DNA of 64,000 nucleotides. Source: Eledone cirrhosa. Its lineage: Eukaryota. Below the pieces are notes generated by a model. The model had not been told where the DNA came from and made no database searches. It worked only from the letters and a program-made list of their open reading frames with translations. Both the position numbers and the translations under genes were made by a program. How positions within the stretch are numbered: position 1 is the first letter of the stretch; every line of letters starts with the position of its first letter. Location of the stretch: NCBI GenBank assembly GCA_964016885.1, contig OZ024743.1:227478001-227542000 (forward strand), in the 5' to 3' direction. This document shows positions 28,585-42,433 of the stretch, piece by piece.

Positions 28585-28970
28585 AATATATATATACGAT
28601 TTTAACAAATGGAAACTATATTTATAAAACCATATTTGTTTCAATATACATGTTTCAAGGATACCAACTTAAATTATACATATTTCAAGGACACCAAGTT
28701 AAATTATGGCGTGCTTTCATCAGATAACATATGATATAGATCAGTATTATAAATAAATATTGACATACCCTTAAAGAATGCAACCATTACTGTTGGAAGC
28801 TCCCGAATAGCTTGGTGTCCTTGAAATATGTATAATGAAATAAATATGGTTTTATAAATATAGTTTCCATTTGTTAATATCGTATTTTTACTCCAAATAT
28901 TTGTTGAGTGCTTTATATCAGTTATAAAAATATTTGTTTGTTGTATCCCAACAATTTAAATAGAACTTTT
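28585..28970 (+). mobile_element. Degenerate fold-back element with a hammerhead-like relic (28673-28728, minus strand)
   Basis: Arms ~28590-28700 and ~28810-28888. The minus strand reads CUGAUGA..tggtgtcctt-GAAA, and the tail contains TTGAGTGC. Confidence 0.65.
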
Positions 28971-29087
28971 ACATATATATATATACACACATACAAACAT
29001 ACATATATATATATACACACACACATATACATATATATATATACATACATATACACATATATATATATATATAAATATATATATATA

Positions 29088-29957
29088 TAAGTATGTACAC
29101 GTACATACATATATGTATACAGACGTACAGTAGTATGTATATATATATTCATACATGCACACATATATATATGTACTTATGGATTCACCCAACATTTATT
29201 ATAATGCTCGGTGTGTTTGTAAACAAACATCCCGTATTAAGCCGTAGTGTCTAGCAAACATCGTTGCTCGTTTGTTCAACACTGACAAAGGAACGCTGTA
29301 CTAGTTTCAAGCTTATTAGCTATCGTCAGCAACGTATACCTTCCTGTCAGATTGTTGAACGTATATACTTACCTGATGCATATTAACGGCTGAGTAGCCC
29401 AATTTGCATATCGAGTGGGTTAATCGGCCGGGTGCACCGAAAACGATAAACGGAAAAAATGAAACGAAATTTCATTTCCCACTCTTAGTACGGCTGTTAC
29501 TTAAATATAAGTATGTACACGTACATACATATATGTATACAGACGTACAGTAGTATGTATATATACATACATGCACACATATATATATATATGTACGATC
29601 TATGTACAATATATATATGTACTATATTCAACAATCTGACAGGAAGGTATGCGTTGCTGACGATAGCTAATAAGCTTGAAACTAGTACAGCGTTCCTTTG
29701 TCAGTGTTGAACAAACGAGCAACGATGGTTGCTAGACACTACGGCTTAATACGGGATATTTGTTTACAAACACACCGAGCATTATAATAAATGTTCGGTG
29801 AATCCATACGTACATATATATATATGTGCATGTATGTATATATATATATACATACTACTGTACGTCTATATACATATATGTATGTACGTGTACGTACTTA
29901 TATTTAAGTAACAGCCGTACTAAGAAAGGGAAATGAAATTTCGTTTCATTTTTTCCA

Positions 29958-29958
<1 letters not shown>
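29088..29958 (+). mobile_element. Complex fold-back element with two inverted segments
   Basis: 29088-29360 is the reverse complement of 29627-29900. 29452-29597 is the reverse complement of ~29808-29957. (TA)n flanks both sides. Confidence 0.85.
29651..29693 (+). ncRNA. Minimal type I hammerhead ribozyme (mirror copy on - at 29293-29335)
   Basis: cgttg-CUGACGA-t agct aata agct t-GAAA-CUAG (palindromic loop)-UA-cagcg. Confidence 0.85.
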
Positions 29959-30020
<62 letters not shown>

Positions 30021-30024
<4 letters not shown>

Positions 30025-30223
30025 AACCAGTAAGACCCCGACAGCTGAGCTCAAGCCGTTTCGACGGCTAATTCTGGACTAAATTCAGTCCAGAATTAGC
30101 CGTCGAAACAGCTTGAGCTCAGCTGTCGGGGTCTTACTGGTTCCTATTACCCACTCTACTACCCCAAGTATTGAGTACTTTGGTGCGTTATGGTCCACCT
30201 GGTTCCTTACCACATTTCCTTCG

Positions 30224-30226
<3 letters not shown>
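30021..30226 (+). mobile_element. Hairpin mini-element, family D copy 1
   Basis: Arms 30021-30080 and 30087-30146, followed by an 80-nt tail, with (TA)n on both sides. Confidence 0.9.
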
Positions 30227-30294
<68 letters not shown>

Positions 30295-30297
30295 TAT

Positions 30298-30893
30298 GGT
30301 GGCTGCCAACTCGTTTTCGAGTACGGCTACTACTTTATATCCATGTAGGAGAACCCCTACCGTTGCGTTGAACAAATCTGACTTTTCAGTCCAGCCAGCG
30401 ACTTGAAAACTTTGGTACAAACACTACACTTGTGACAATTATTGACACATAGTGCTGGGCCCATGGTACCATGTGACGACAAGTGCAGATATCTCTCCAG
30501 ATATAAAGCAATGCCTGTGACGTGAAGCTTTTATAGTGAGCAAAGACACAGCACAAAGCCAGTCCCACTCTCTTAACCAAGATGATATTTACCAAAAAGA
30601 AGAACAAGTCAGCATCATTGGATACCATCAGGGTTGCAGGTGTTATATCAGAGTTTTCCTTCTCCTAGAATTCTGCCTTGACAAAGGCTAAGGGGTCAGC
30701 TCTCCCAGTGATTTTGGATGGCCATTGACTCTTAAGAGCTCCTTTGCCCTTTGACAGGTTTTGTTTTTAGTCCTGCAGGATGTCCAAAGTCACCCTCCAC
30801 ACCAAGAAACCTTGGTGGGGTTGCCAGTTTAGTCGCCAACGACCCGACCATGAGACAGGTTGTACTGGGATACATGTTCCCAGTAGCACCAAC
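30298..30893 (-). mobile_element. Internally deleted, non-autonomous RTE-like element
   Basis: The minus strand has a 5'UTR-like segment (ctaggagaaggaaaactctga), then HKCSVCTKVFKSLAGLKSQ (C-terminal zinc-finger-like, ~30378-30435), then a short 3' hairpin and (TA)n. Confidence 0.55.
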
Positions 30894-31062
30894 TATATAC
30901 ATATATATATACATATATATACTTATATATATATATATATACACACATATATATATATATGTATACATACATACATATATACATATATACACATACACAT
31001 ACACACACATACACATATACACATACACACATATACATATACATATATACATATATATATAT

Positions 31063-31095
<33 letters not shown>

Positions 31096-31359
31096 CACAT
31101 ATATACACATACATATATATATATATATACATATATATACATACACATACACATATACACATATATATATACACACACAAACATACACAAACATGCCCAA
31201 ATGCAGGTACATGTGAACGCACGAACACAGAGCGATATGCATACAAACGAACGGCCACTCATACAAATACATACAAACATGTTCTCATAAATATACACAT
31301 ATACATAGGCACATAAAAACAGCTCTACAAGCAGAAAATGTATATATAATATATATATA

Positions 31360-31705
31360 ATTGAAAAAGTAGAATAACATGGTCAACAGTACAAAAAAAG
31401 AGATTTATTTACAGTCTAACAATTGTTTCACTGTTAGAGTTTAGCAAATTTTAGACAACTCTATCAGTGAAACAATTGTTAAACTGTAAATAAATCCCCT
31501 TTTCTGTACTGTTGACCATGTTATTTTCCTTTTTCAATGTTATTACTCCAACATAAACTTACATAGGAATACAAGTGAAATCATAAATTCGTCATTTACA
31601 TATACCTCTTGTTAAGTCATACAGTGCTGTACGCTAAAACTATACATGATATGAAGTATTCACAACCTCTAATTGGATTATCTATAACGATATCTTGTTA
31701 TCCTC
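31360..31705 (+). mobile_element. Fold-back element, family E (shorter relative at 57407-57567)
   Basis: Arms ~31361-31441 and ~31457-31537 contain GAAACAATTGTT. The tail cacaacctctaa.tggatta.ctataacgata is shared with 57525-57560. Confidence 0.8.
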
Positions 31706-31734
31706 TATATATATTTATATATATATATATCATA

Positions 31735-31925
31735 ATGGATGCAATAAAAGCCTGTTAGATGATTACTCACCAGAGTACTCGATACTCAGGTTAGTAGAGT
31801 GTGGTAATATGAAGGAGTCGGGTCCCTGACGACTGTACCCCTACCGTTTCAAGTTTTAGTTCAGAACTGTTTGGAACTAGCTGTTGAAAAGGAAGGAGTT
31901 CAGCCGTCGATGTCCCGACTCCATA
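31735..31925 (-). mobile_element. Old, diverged family-D-like hairpin element
   Basis: caccagagtactcgatact is shared with 60913-60930. Decayed arms ggagtcggg..cccgactcc remain. Confidence 0.6.
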
Positions 31926-31930
31926 TATAA

Positions 31931-32065
<135 letters not shown>

Positions 32066-32114
32066 CATATATTCTCACACACATACATACGTTTGTATAT
32101 ATATATATATATAT

Positions 32115-32640
32115 ATGAATGTATATATAGTGTATTTTGCAATACACTGTATGCTTAATTAAAAGCTTTTCGAAGACCTAACGCTATTGTTTTAGAGTAG
32201 TGACAGTCTCACTTACTTTAAATGTTCAGCTATCAGGGGAGATAAAGCTGACACAGCTCTGTTTCGTACTTTTTGGTATTTATCAAAGCAAAGTACTCCA
32301 CCTGTTTGCTGAAAATCATGAATGTTTGATTCTTATAGAATTCTAGTAATAATCATAAACTGATTATACTGATTATTACTAGAATTCTATAAGAATCAAA
32401 CATTCATGATTTTCAGCAAACAGGTGGAGTACTTAGCTTTGATAAGTACCAAAAAGTACGAAACAGAGCTCTGTCAGCTTTATCTCAACTGTTTGCTGAA
32501 AATTTAAAGTAAGTGAAACTGTCACTACTCTAAAACAATAGCGTAAGGTCTTCGAAATGCTTTTAATTAAGCATACAGTGTATTGCAAAATACACTATAG
32601 ATACATTCATTTACATATCGCTATTTCAGAGCACCAATTC

Positions 32641-32648
<8 letters not shown>
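32115..32648 (+). mobile_element. Fold-back element F (~240-bp arms) with a degenerate hammerhead at 32435-32479
   Basis: Arms ~32115-32355 and ~32370-32610. The ribozyme relic reads agct-UUGAUAA-gtac caaaaa gtac-GAAA-cagagctctg-UC-agct. Confidence 0.85.
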
Positions 32649-32719
<71 letters not shown>

Positions 32720-32723
<4 letters not shown>

Positions 32724-33225
32724 ACTGATACAAGTATACATGTGTTCGCATTGCAAATGACCAAGTTAGCTAGGTTGAAAAATACTAATTAAAATAATAC
32801 GGTTTGCCTGTCTCGATTTAAAATAATAAATCAATAAAAACAAACCTATATTGGCAATACCCTGCTATTTTTAGCGTACGAGTATGGGATGTGCTAGACG
32901 CTGTGACACATGTGCTTTCAACAACACATTTCTCTCAGTCTTCTTAAGTATTTTGAAGTGAAACCAATTTCTGGATACCTGCAGAAGAGCACAGGAATGG
33001 GAACTTTCACTTAATTGTTGTGAAACAAATTTAAAATGTAAAATTTGTCCAGGTATCACGGCTATTGCCAATATAGGTTTGTTTTTATAGATTTATTATT
33101 TTAAATCGAGGCAGGCAAACTGTATTATTTTAATTAGTATTTTTCAATCTAGTTAACTTGGTCATTTGCAATGCGAACACATGTATACTTGTATCAGTGT
33201 TTATCCATATCATATATTCATTTGT
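32720..33225 (+). mobile_element. Fold-back element G (~140-bp arms, ~190-bp spacer)
   Basis: 32720-32862 is the reverse complement of 33060-33202, with (TA)n flanks. Confidence 0.8.
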
Positions 33226-33333
33226 ATATATATATATATATATATATATGTAAATATATATATTCAAAATAATATATTTCTTCAATGTACTGTGTCGTTT
33301 GCTTTGTTATTGCTTTTTACACACACACATAAA

Positions 33334-33366
<33 letters not shown>

Positions 33367-33734
33367 ACTGTGTGTATGTGTGCGGCGCGTCTGTAGACAT
33401 ACACATGCACCCACATGAATATACAGATGCGTACATTAGTTTTCGTGTCTATATGTGTGTTTGTCTTCTTTACTGTCGTACTGGGTTAATTAAGTTTCAT
33501 TGTCCGGTGATGTAAAAGGACAGACAATTCTACGTCCTATTTCTTAACTGGACATTCGTGGACATTTGTTCATTCCGCTTAGCTGGCTTATTATCTAATC
33601 AATGGGATACACTATATTCACACACTTTAGAGCTCAAACCTTCTCACATATATTTATACATATATCCAAACATTCATATGTACAATAATATTAATATGTG
33701 AATAAATGAAAGTATACCCCCACATAGACACACA

Positions 33735-33811
<77 letters not shown>

Positions 33812-34026
33812 AAAGACATATCCATATATATATACATAGATATATGTATGTTCAAGTGTTTGTGTGTGTGTGTAAAACCTGGTTAATGTCCAGAAAGAGT
33901 CAAAACACAAGTGGTGCAATTTATAGATTTTAATATCAAGACCAGCACTAGTACATATAATAATGGGAGGGGCCATTGCTTTCTAGTTTAAAATGTGATG
34001 CATGCTTACATCCTCCTACATATATA

Positions 34027-34077
<51 letters not shown>

Positions 34078-34128
34078 TATACTTATATATACTTATGTAT
34101 ATATATACACACAAACACACAAACATAC

Positions 34129-34223
<95 letters not shown>

Positions 34224-34439
34224 TATACATATATATACATATATATGCATATACATATATATACATATATCTACATATGTATACATATATATATATATAC
34301 ATATATACATATATATACATATATACATATATATATGTATGTATACATATATATATATACATATGTTTACTGATATATATATACATACGTATACATATAA
34401 ATACATATATATACATGTATATACTGATATATATACTCT

Positions 34440-34990
34440 TCCAACCGACTGGCTGAGACCTTGCTGGAGCACCGCTATTGACGCTACACTTTCAATAGCC
34501 AGCCTTCCTTGTTTAGCCATTAATTCAAGAGGAATTTTGTTGCTGCCGTCCATATTTGTGTTTCGCCTCGTCCTGTAGGTTCATCCTTGATCTTTGTTAG
34601 TTGAATGTCAAGAAGTTTCTTACAAACATCTCCACGCACACCGTGTAGATGTCTCAGATCATGTGTTAGTTTATTAAAGAACTGGGGCCGTTTTTGCCCC
34701 AGATTGTTGGTCTTTATTTGAAAGAAGCGACCCTATACAACGGTGACATGTTCCTGCTTTGGTCAAGCTATCAATGCGGACATATGGTGCTAGCCTTTCC
34801 AGGACCTTCCATACGTATATCACTGCGTATCTGTGGCAGTTGCAGGACGTCCAGATCTTAGGTCATCTTCAATACCCTCTCCCTCCCCGTCCAAATTCAG
34901 CTGCTCACTTTCACACTATTGATAAATCTGGAGCGTCATCTCCTGATGTAGAACCATCTCAGCATGACTGTCCTTTTTCTGAAGGTATTT
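34440..34990 (-). mobile_element. Possible highly decayed LINE (R4-like) remnant
   Basis: A higher-complexity island between microsatellites. Minus-strand GRGGRG resembles the R.EGGRGL motif of the Dong ORFs. Confidence 0.3.
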
Positions 34991-35097
34991 AGTAACACAA
35001 CGATGCTACATTTTGTCCAAGAATCGAAGCCATAATCACCCGATTGCAAACCCAACGTTCTAACCCTAAGCCTTGCACTTGCATACACACACGCACG

Positions 35098-35128
<31 letters not shown>

Positions 35129-35252
35129 GTTTATATTTACTTATATTTATATCAAGAATACGAAAGGATAAATAAAGGACAAATAAAGACAAAAGACTGC
35201 TCACTCTCAAGAGAAAGTTAAGTTGTGCCTCATTACAGCCGTTTGCTTGAGG

Positions 35253-35290
<38 letters not shown>

Positions 35291-35417
35291 CTATCTATCT
35301 ATATATATATATATATAATACATACTAAGTTTTTATCTCCCTCCGCACCCAGTTGCATCTCTCTGTAAATACATGTGTTTACTGGACTTCAATTCATCAG
35401 GGACTAAATATTTATTT

Positions 35418-35499
<82 letters not shown>

Positions 35500-35925
35500 G
35501 ATTGTGTTTTCATTTCTGTTTACCTTTTACATTATATATATATATGAATACTTGTGAATCTCTATGTATGTACGCGTACGTGTATGCATGCAATTAGTAA
35601 TTTCTCACAGGCTTTGCATGATTGTCCCTTGCAGCAAGATTCAAGCATAACTAACATACAAGCTAAAAGACCACACACAAGCACGTATGCTTGCCTTCAT
35701 TGTCTCTATTATTTTTTCCCGCTTTCCATTCTAGCTACTCCACCTGCTGTCCATCATTACCTCCAGCAGTATTCTATTAATGTACAGATTTCATGCCGAC
35801 GTGCATTCTTGCATATAGTTAGGCAGTTACTTTATAGCGGACCATATTGTCTCAACCACTTACAGAAACCCCTGTATACACAAACACACACATACACATA
35901 AACATAAACACACACACACACATTT

Positions 35926-36005
<80 letters not shown>

Positions 36006-38831
36006 ATATATATTGGTATACTTTGAGCCTGTCATGTTGCTAAAATGAAAGAAAAAAGCGCGCCTGTTGGGTTTCAGTTTAATTTATTACTATAATTTCC
36101 CAGTCGGTTAGTTTATTAAACAGATGGTTGTTCTGTTGTTGATTGTCATAGCTCTTTCGTCATACATTCTGTGACCTCCTCAGTGACCCCTTTGTTGTTT
36201 TTTTTGTGCCTCTCCTTTGCTCTAATCTATACCATCTTGTTTTTGTGAACTGTGTACTTGAGTTGCGCATGCGTCACATCTGCGTGTGTGTGTGTGCGTG
36301 TTTTATTTGTTTGTTTATTTATATCTTTATTTATTTATTTATTTCATATCTCTCTGTTCTCTTTTTCCTACTTGTCTCTAATTGATTACTTGCTCTATTT
36401 GTCGAGGGCCCCTTTGTAGTACAGCTGAGATGCTTGAGGTGGCCATCGTAGTCTTGTTAGACTTCTGTAGAGAAACTAATTCACGGTGGTCATTTGAAAA
36501 CACGCCATTTGCATCTGGAATAAAGGAATTGTGGAGGAACATTGCAGCTTCATACTATTTAGCCTGTTTGTACCTCAGCACCTCAGTAGGAGTAGTCAAT
36601 GGGGGTCTCGAAAATGCTAGTGTGATACCGTTCGACAACCCAACACTCAATGTGTAAAATAGGCAACAAGAAGCTGTCAGTTGAGCACATAATGATTCAG
36701 AACATCACACTACAAGTCCAGTAGACACGCTTATGTGCCTTTTCGAGGTACATGAAACAAGCATAAACTTTAATTAGTTTGGGGATCTCAGTTCCCCTCA
36801 TGTACATTGAAATTGATTTACCCAGATTTAGGAGATGAGCAGCGTATTCTTTCCACCTCGTGAGGATTCAACTCTGAAGATTCAACATCAGACGAGCCTG
36901 TGTGAAAGGGGACTTCTCATTTCATAGTCAATAGATGGTCTGCCAGAAGAACTCATTTTTAGGGGCATATTTGTTTTCCATAAATAAATTCCAAAAATTC
37001 TAATAAATTTTCTGCAAAGCTCTATGCAAACTATAGACATTTCTTCTACTCGTTTTGTTTTTGTTATTGAAGAATGTTTGCGAACTTCAGTTTGACATCG
37101 AATATTGTTATATCAAATGCACGTCCATATTCTGGTCGACATTAAACTTCCTATTTAACTTCTAGATTAATTTAAACTAGTCAACAAGCATTTAAATTGA
37201 TATTTTTTTTACCATAATATTAATCATAAAACTGCAGAAAATATACTGGTTTTCTTTGTGGAAAGTATTGCTTCATAAACGGTCCAGAACACTCTCCTAA
37301 AGCCTATGATGACCATTTCGAGAACGAAAGTAAACCGAAAAATCATGTTTAGAACTCTTCAATTCATATGAAAATTATTAAAATTCTTTCTCATAATTCA
37401 TCTCAAAATTATTAAATATTTTTTCAAAAATCAGATTTTGAAATAATACTGCTGACACATGCGTAGAAAGAGAGATAGGAAAAGAGAGAGAGAGAGAAAC
37501 ACATACACACACACATACACACACGCACAAACATATACACACACACATATACACACACATACATACTTCAGCATAGACAGCAACTTACACAAACACGTCT
37601 TGCCTCAAGCTTTCTTATTATTTTCAACTATTTCATACAACAAAGATCAACAATCTTCTCCTTCCACCTATTTCTTCATCATACCTCAACCAAATTGGTT
37701 TGTAATTGCCACAGGCGCACTCAATTTTTCACAGCTTTTTTTTTTTGTGGAACATAAATAATTAGAAAAAGTTATAAAACAACATATATGTAACAAATTT
37801 CTAAATGACGTTCTTTAACCCATTGGATCATAGATGTTTTAAATAAGATATATATAAGTGTTATAGAAATGCCTTGCTATATGTTGATTTATAAATAACT
37901 ATATCACTCTCCTGACCTTATTCCCTGTCTCCTTCTCCACGTTTCCCTCTCTTTCCTATTTCTCTCCCTATTTCTCCTTCTGCTGTAGATCAAAGGTTAA
38001 GAGTTCCTTCCTCAAACTAGTCCCAGATGAAAAAGGGCCATGAGCACTTTTTTTATTCTCCAAGTTATATATATATATATATATATGTCGAATGTAGAAA
38101 AGTAACACACGAGTTGATATATATAAAAACAAATAGTAGAAAGGAAAAGATTTTTTTAGTAGAAAAAGTGGTAGAGATTCTTTCAGTGAAATATCAAAAC
38201 ATTAATTTATTTACAATACCGGTTTCAGCATTATATGCATTGTCAATTTCGGATATGCAGAATATAGTTAAGTTGCATATTCGTACAAATATTTGTACAA
38301 TTGCGCGGCACTTAGATTGGTTGATAGTTCGCGACGTCATCTTAGTACGTGACCATTGAAATCTGCCCACTGTCCATTTCCATTCAGGCGTGAGATGTCA
38401 CTCACCCCAATCCCGTCGCCATAAATTACTGCTGTGTGTAGGATAGTTGTTATGAATTCTCATGCCCTTCCCTTGCTTGCCTGTCTCCCCATACAAATAC
38501 ATCCACACGCACATGTGCACACACGTAAACAGGATGATGGCAGAGGATAAAAATTCGAATGTCGGAATCCAGCAGAAAGAGAATATGCTTTGAAATCACT
38601 AGACGTATCTGAGCAACTTGTGAATCCTGAGTCAGGTTCGATCCACAAACAGATCGCACCTCGAGCTGTTCGCCAGAGAAACAATTGTAATACGCAATAA
38701 ATTGTGTTCTGATGTATCACTCATTCTTCGTTTTCCATATTATCATACACTGCTCCGAAGGAGCATAGAGTGCTCAACCTGGATACCGCCTTTGGACGCC
38801 TTTGGACGCATCCTAGCAACCATACTACATA

Positions 38832-38880
<49 letters not shown>

Positions 38881-39489
38881 GTGGGGGTATGTCGAACAAC
38901 TGCTGTCAAGGGTGGGACCGATCCGGTTGACCGCCGAGTCTATTGTAACGATCAAGCCGCCTCCCCTCTTCAAAAACGAAGGAGAGGCGGTGTTTCTGTG
39001 CGTAATAGCCATGGCGAAAGAGGTTGTATGGTGGACGCGTCTGAAAGGACTGAGGTCAGACACCTTTCTCTCTGGCCAACAACTGGTCCGTTTCTTCCGA
39101 TATCATTTCGGAAGAAGGATCAGGATGGAGAGAGAGGTGCTGCACCCCAGCTGTTTTTATGAAAGATGGGTGAAAGTGGCGAGAATGGCCCGTGTGAATG
39201 GGCCTTCACTCTACATCAGACTATAGGTGAGGAAGATGAAAGACCAAGGGAGCACCCCTTCTCTGTGCTCCTGAGGAGAAGGGCTGCACACTTTTTTTCG
39301 GGGGTGTGTGCGACCCCCCAAGGCGCCTCCTCTCTATTGAGGACTTTGTTATAAATTTTATTTTTTGTCATATTTTATTTTATTTTTATATATTGTTATT
39401 GCCTCCTCCTTATTTAGGACGCCTTGTTTTGTAAACTCCCCCCATTGTACTTGTCCCACTTTTGATGCCCTGGTGGCAAATAAAAGAAA
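38881..39489 (+). mobile_element. 5'-truncated Tx1-like copy inside (ATCT)n
   Basis: AMAKEVVWWTRLKGL..ERWVKVARMARVN is homologous to 3016-3237. AATAAA lies at ~39479 and (TATC)n flanks both sides. Confidence 0.85.
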
Positions 39490-39509
39490 CATATCTATCT
39501 ATCTATCTA

Positions 39510-39598
<89 letters not shown>

Positions 39599-39939
39599 TG
39601 TTGTCACGCACACAGGCACACACATACACATACGCACACACAGACACACACACACATCCATAAGAATGTATATGTATATTGATATGTTTTTAACAATAGA
39701 TTTGATTTATTAATTGGGTGACATTGGTTGTATTGATTTTATTGTTAACCCTAATTGATTTGTTCGAATATTGCACTCACACGACTAAATCTGTATGAGT
39801 ATATATTGTTTCCATAATTCATTTCAGTTATTATTGAGTGAGATAGTGTGTGGCACGGCATTACAATGCCATAGGTGCACAAAGCATATTGTGTTAGTGT
39901 GACTTCTTAGAATATCTCTCTCTCTCTTTCTCTCCCTCG

Positions 39940-40005
<66 letters not shown>

Positions 40006-40053
40006 CTCTCTTTCTCTTTCTCTCTCTCTTATATATATATATATATATATATA

Positions 40054-40250
40054 TAGGAACCAGTAAGACCCCGACAGCTGAGCTCAAGCCGTTTCGACGG
40101 CTAAAATAGATATAGATATTTAGCCGTCGAAACGGCTTGAGCTCAGCTGTCGGGGTCTTACTGGTTCCTATTACCCACTCTACTACCCCAAGTATTGAGT
40201 ACTTTGGTGCGTTATGGTCCACCTGGTTCCTTACCACATTTCCTTCGTTA
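40054..40250 (+). mobile_element. Hairpin mini-element, family D copy 2
   Basis: It is near-identical to 30021-30226 but has a different loop. Confidence 0.9.
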
Positions 40251-40300
40251 TATATATATATATATATATATATATAAGAGAGAGAGAAAGAGAAAGAGAG

Positions 40301-40364
<64 letters not shown>

Positions 40365-40484
40365 TAACCTATTCATGCAACTTCTATACTTTCATTTCTA
40401 CGATTCATATAAATGTGTAAATATCATCATACATACATGCATGCACACATACACACACACATACACTCGCACACACACACACAC

Positions 40485-40624
<140 letters not shown>

Positions 40625-40999
40625 GTATATATATATATATATGTATACATTGGCATGCATAGTGAGCAGCCAAAAAGGATGAAGTACAAAGCGGCAGCAA
40701 CTATCAGAAACTAAAGAACAAAGACAAAAAAACAAAATGGCAGCTATGATGTTTACCTTACCTGTTTACTTGTTCCCTGAAAGAGCTCGCCTGAAATGTC
40801 ATTATTCAATTATTAAGACAATTCCAGCAGGTAGTCAGCATTTGCAAATTATTCTGCCAATGTCTCCAGATATAACAAAAGCAGGAATCAACATGTGACA
40901 TACACACAAAAAAAAAAAAAAAATAACATTGTAACAGGTCGATTTTCAATTAATGTAACTTCAAATAAAAGGATATTTCTTCGGTTATTATTATTAATA

Positions 41000-41030
<31 letters not shown>

Positions 41031-41183
41031 TATTAGATAACAATAATTCCATTTCATTTCCCTTTTCCAAACTTTTGTATTTAAATAGCTATTTTTCTGC
41101 TTATTAGTTGAAGTGTTGTTTTGTTCGCGGTTCTATATTATATCTATTTCTCTCTCTCCCTCTCTCTCTCACACACACACACA

Positions 41184-41317
<134 letters not shown>

Positions 41318-41462
41318 AGTGAAAGAGAGATGCTCTCTTTACCGGAGGATGTTTGCATTTAATTAAAATATGTAATCATCTTTTGTATGGAACGCTGCAG
41401 CTGGTTTGCACGTATACAAAAATATACTGTTTATACATATATATATAAATGTGTGTGTATTT

Positions 41463-41574
<112 letters not shown>

Positions 41575-42249
41575 GCGTACGTACGTTTTCATATATGTTA
41601 CTTTTTCAAATACACATACATGGGAGTCAGTATATATAGGTTGGTTGTAAATACAAATTAGGAATTGATAACTAAAATGTTGGAATTGGAATTAAAGTAA
41701 TATATAAGTGCATACGTATCTTCATATATTTACTTCATATTATTACGGATGACAGGTACTTATAAGTTTCACCTTTTCTCAGGGATCACCAACTGTCCGT
41801 CGAGCCTATGAATAAGCGACTGTCATGGATTTCGACCTGAAAGATACATTTTTTTACGGGGAATTAAATCAGAAACACTTTTGACAGAGCTACACACCAA
41901 CGTTATTGGAATGACGGAAATGACATTCAAAGCCTGCATTATAAATCCTCTATCCATTTTCATAAATACGTGCATGAGAAATTCCACACCGTTGTCAAAA
42001 TATATATGGCATCTAAGAGAGAGAGAGAGTGAAATAGGTGAGGTGACGTATATATATATATTAGAAAGTGAGGTTTTTTTTACACGAGTGAAAGTATAAG
42101 GAAAAAGATGAAATCGAAAATGCAACTGGAGTCTTTTTTTTTTAAATATATATTTATTTGGTTCCTTTACCGGCTTCGCAGTTCTTCTGCTTTTCAAAAG
42201 TAGAGTTGAGATGGAGTGTCTGTGGTTTTTCTCATATCATTATATAATA

Positions 42250-42433
42250 TGTGGATTAGCAGTATCAGTAGAGGGTCGGACGCCATGCTTTCCAGCATAG
42301 TTACGTCCCTTTACGATCTGAGTTCAAATCCCTCCGAGGTTGACTTTGCCTTTCATCCTTACGGGGTCGATAAAATAAAGTACCAGTAATGCACTGGGTA
42401 ATTGCTGGCCTTGTGCCTAAAGTAGAAATAATT
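42250..42433 (+). mobile_element. tRNA-derived SINE (main family)
   Basis: It matches the window consensus. Confidence 0.85.
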
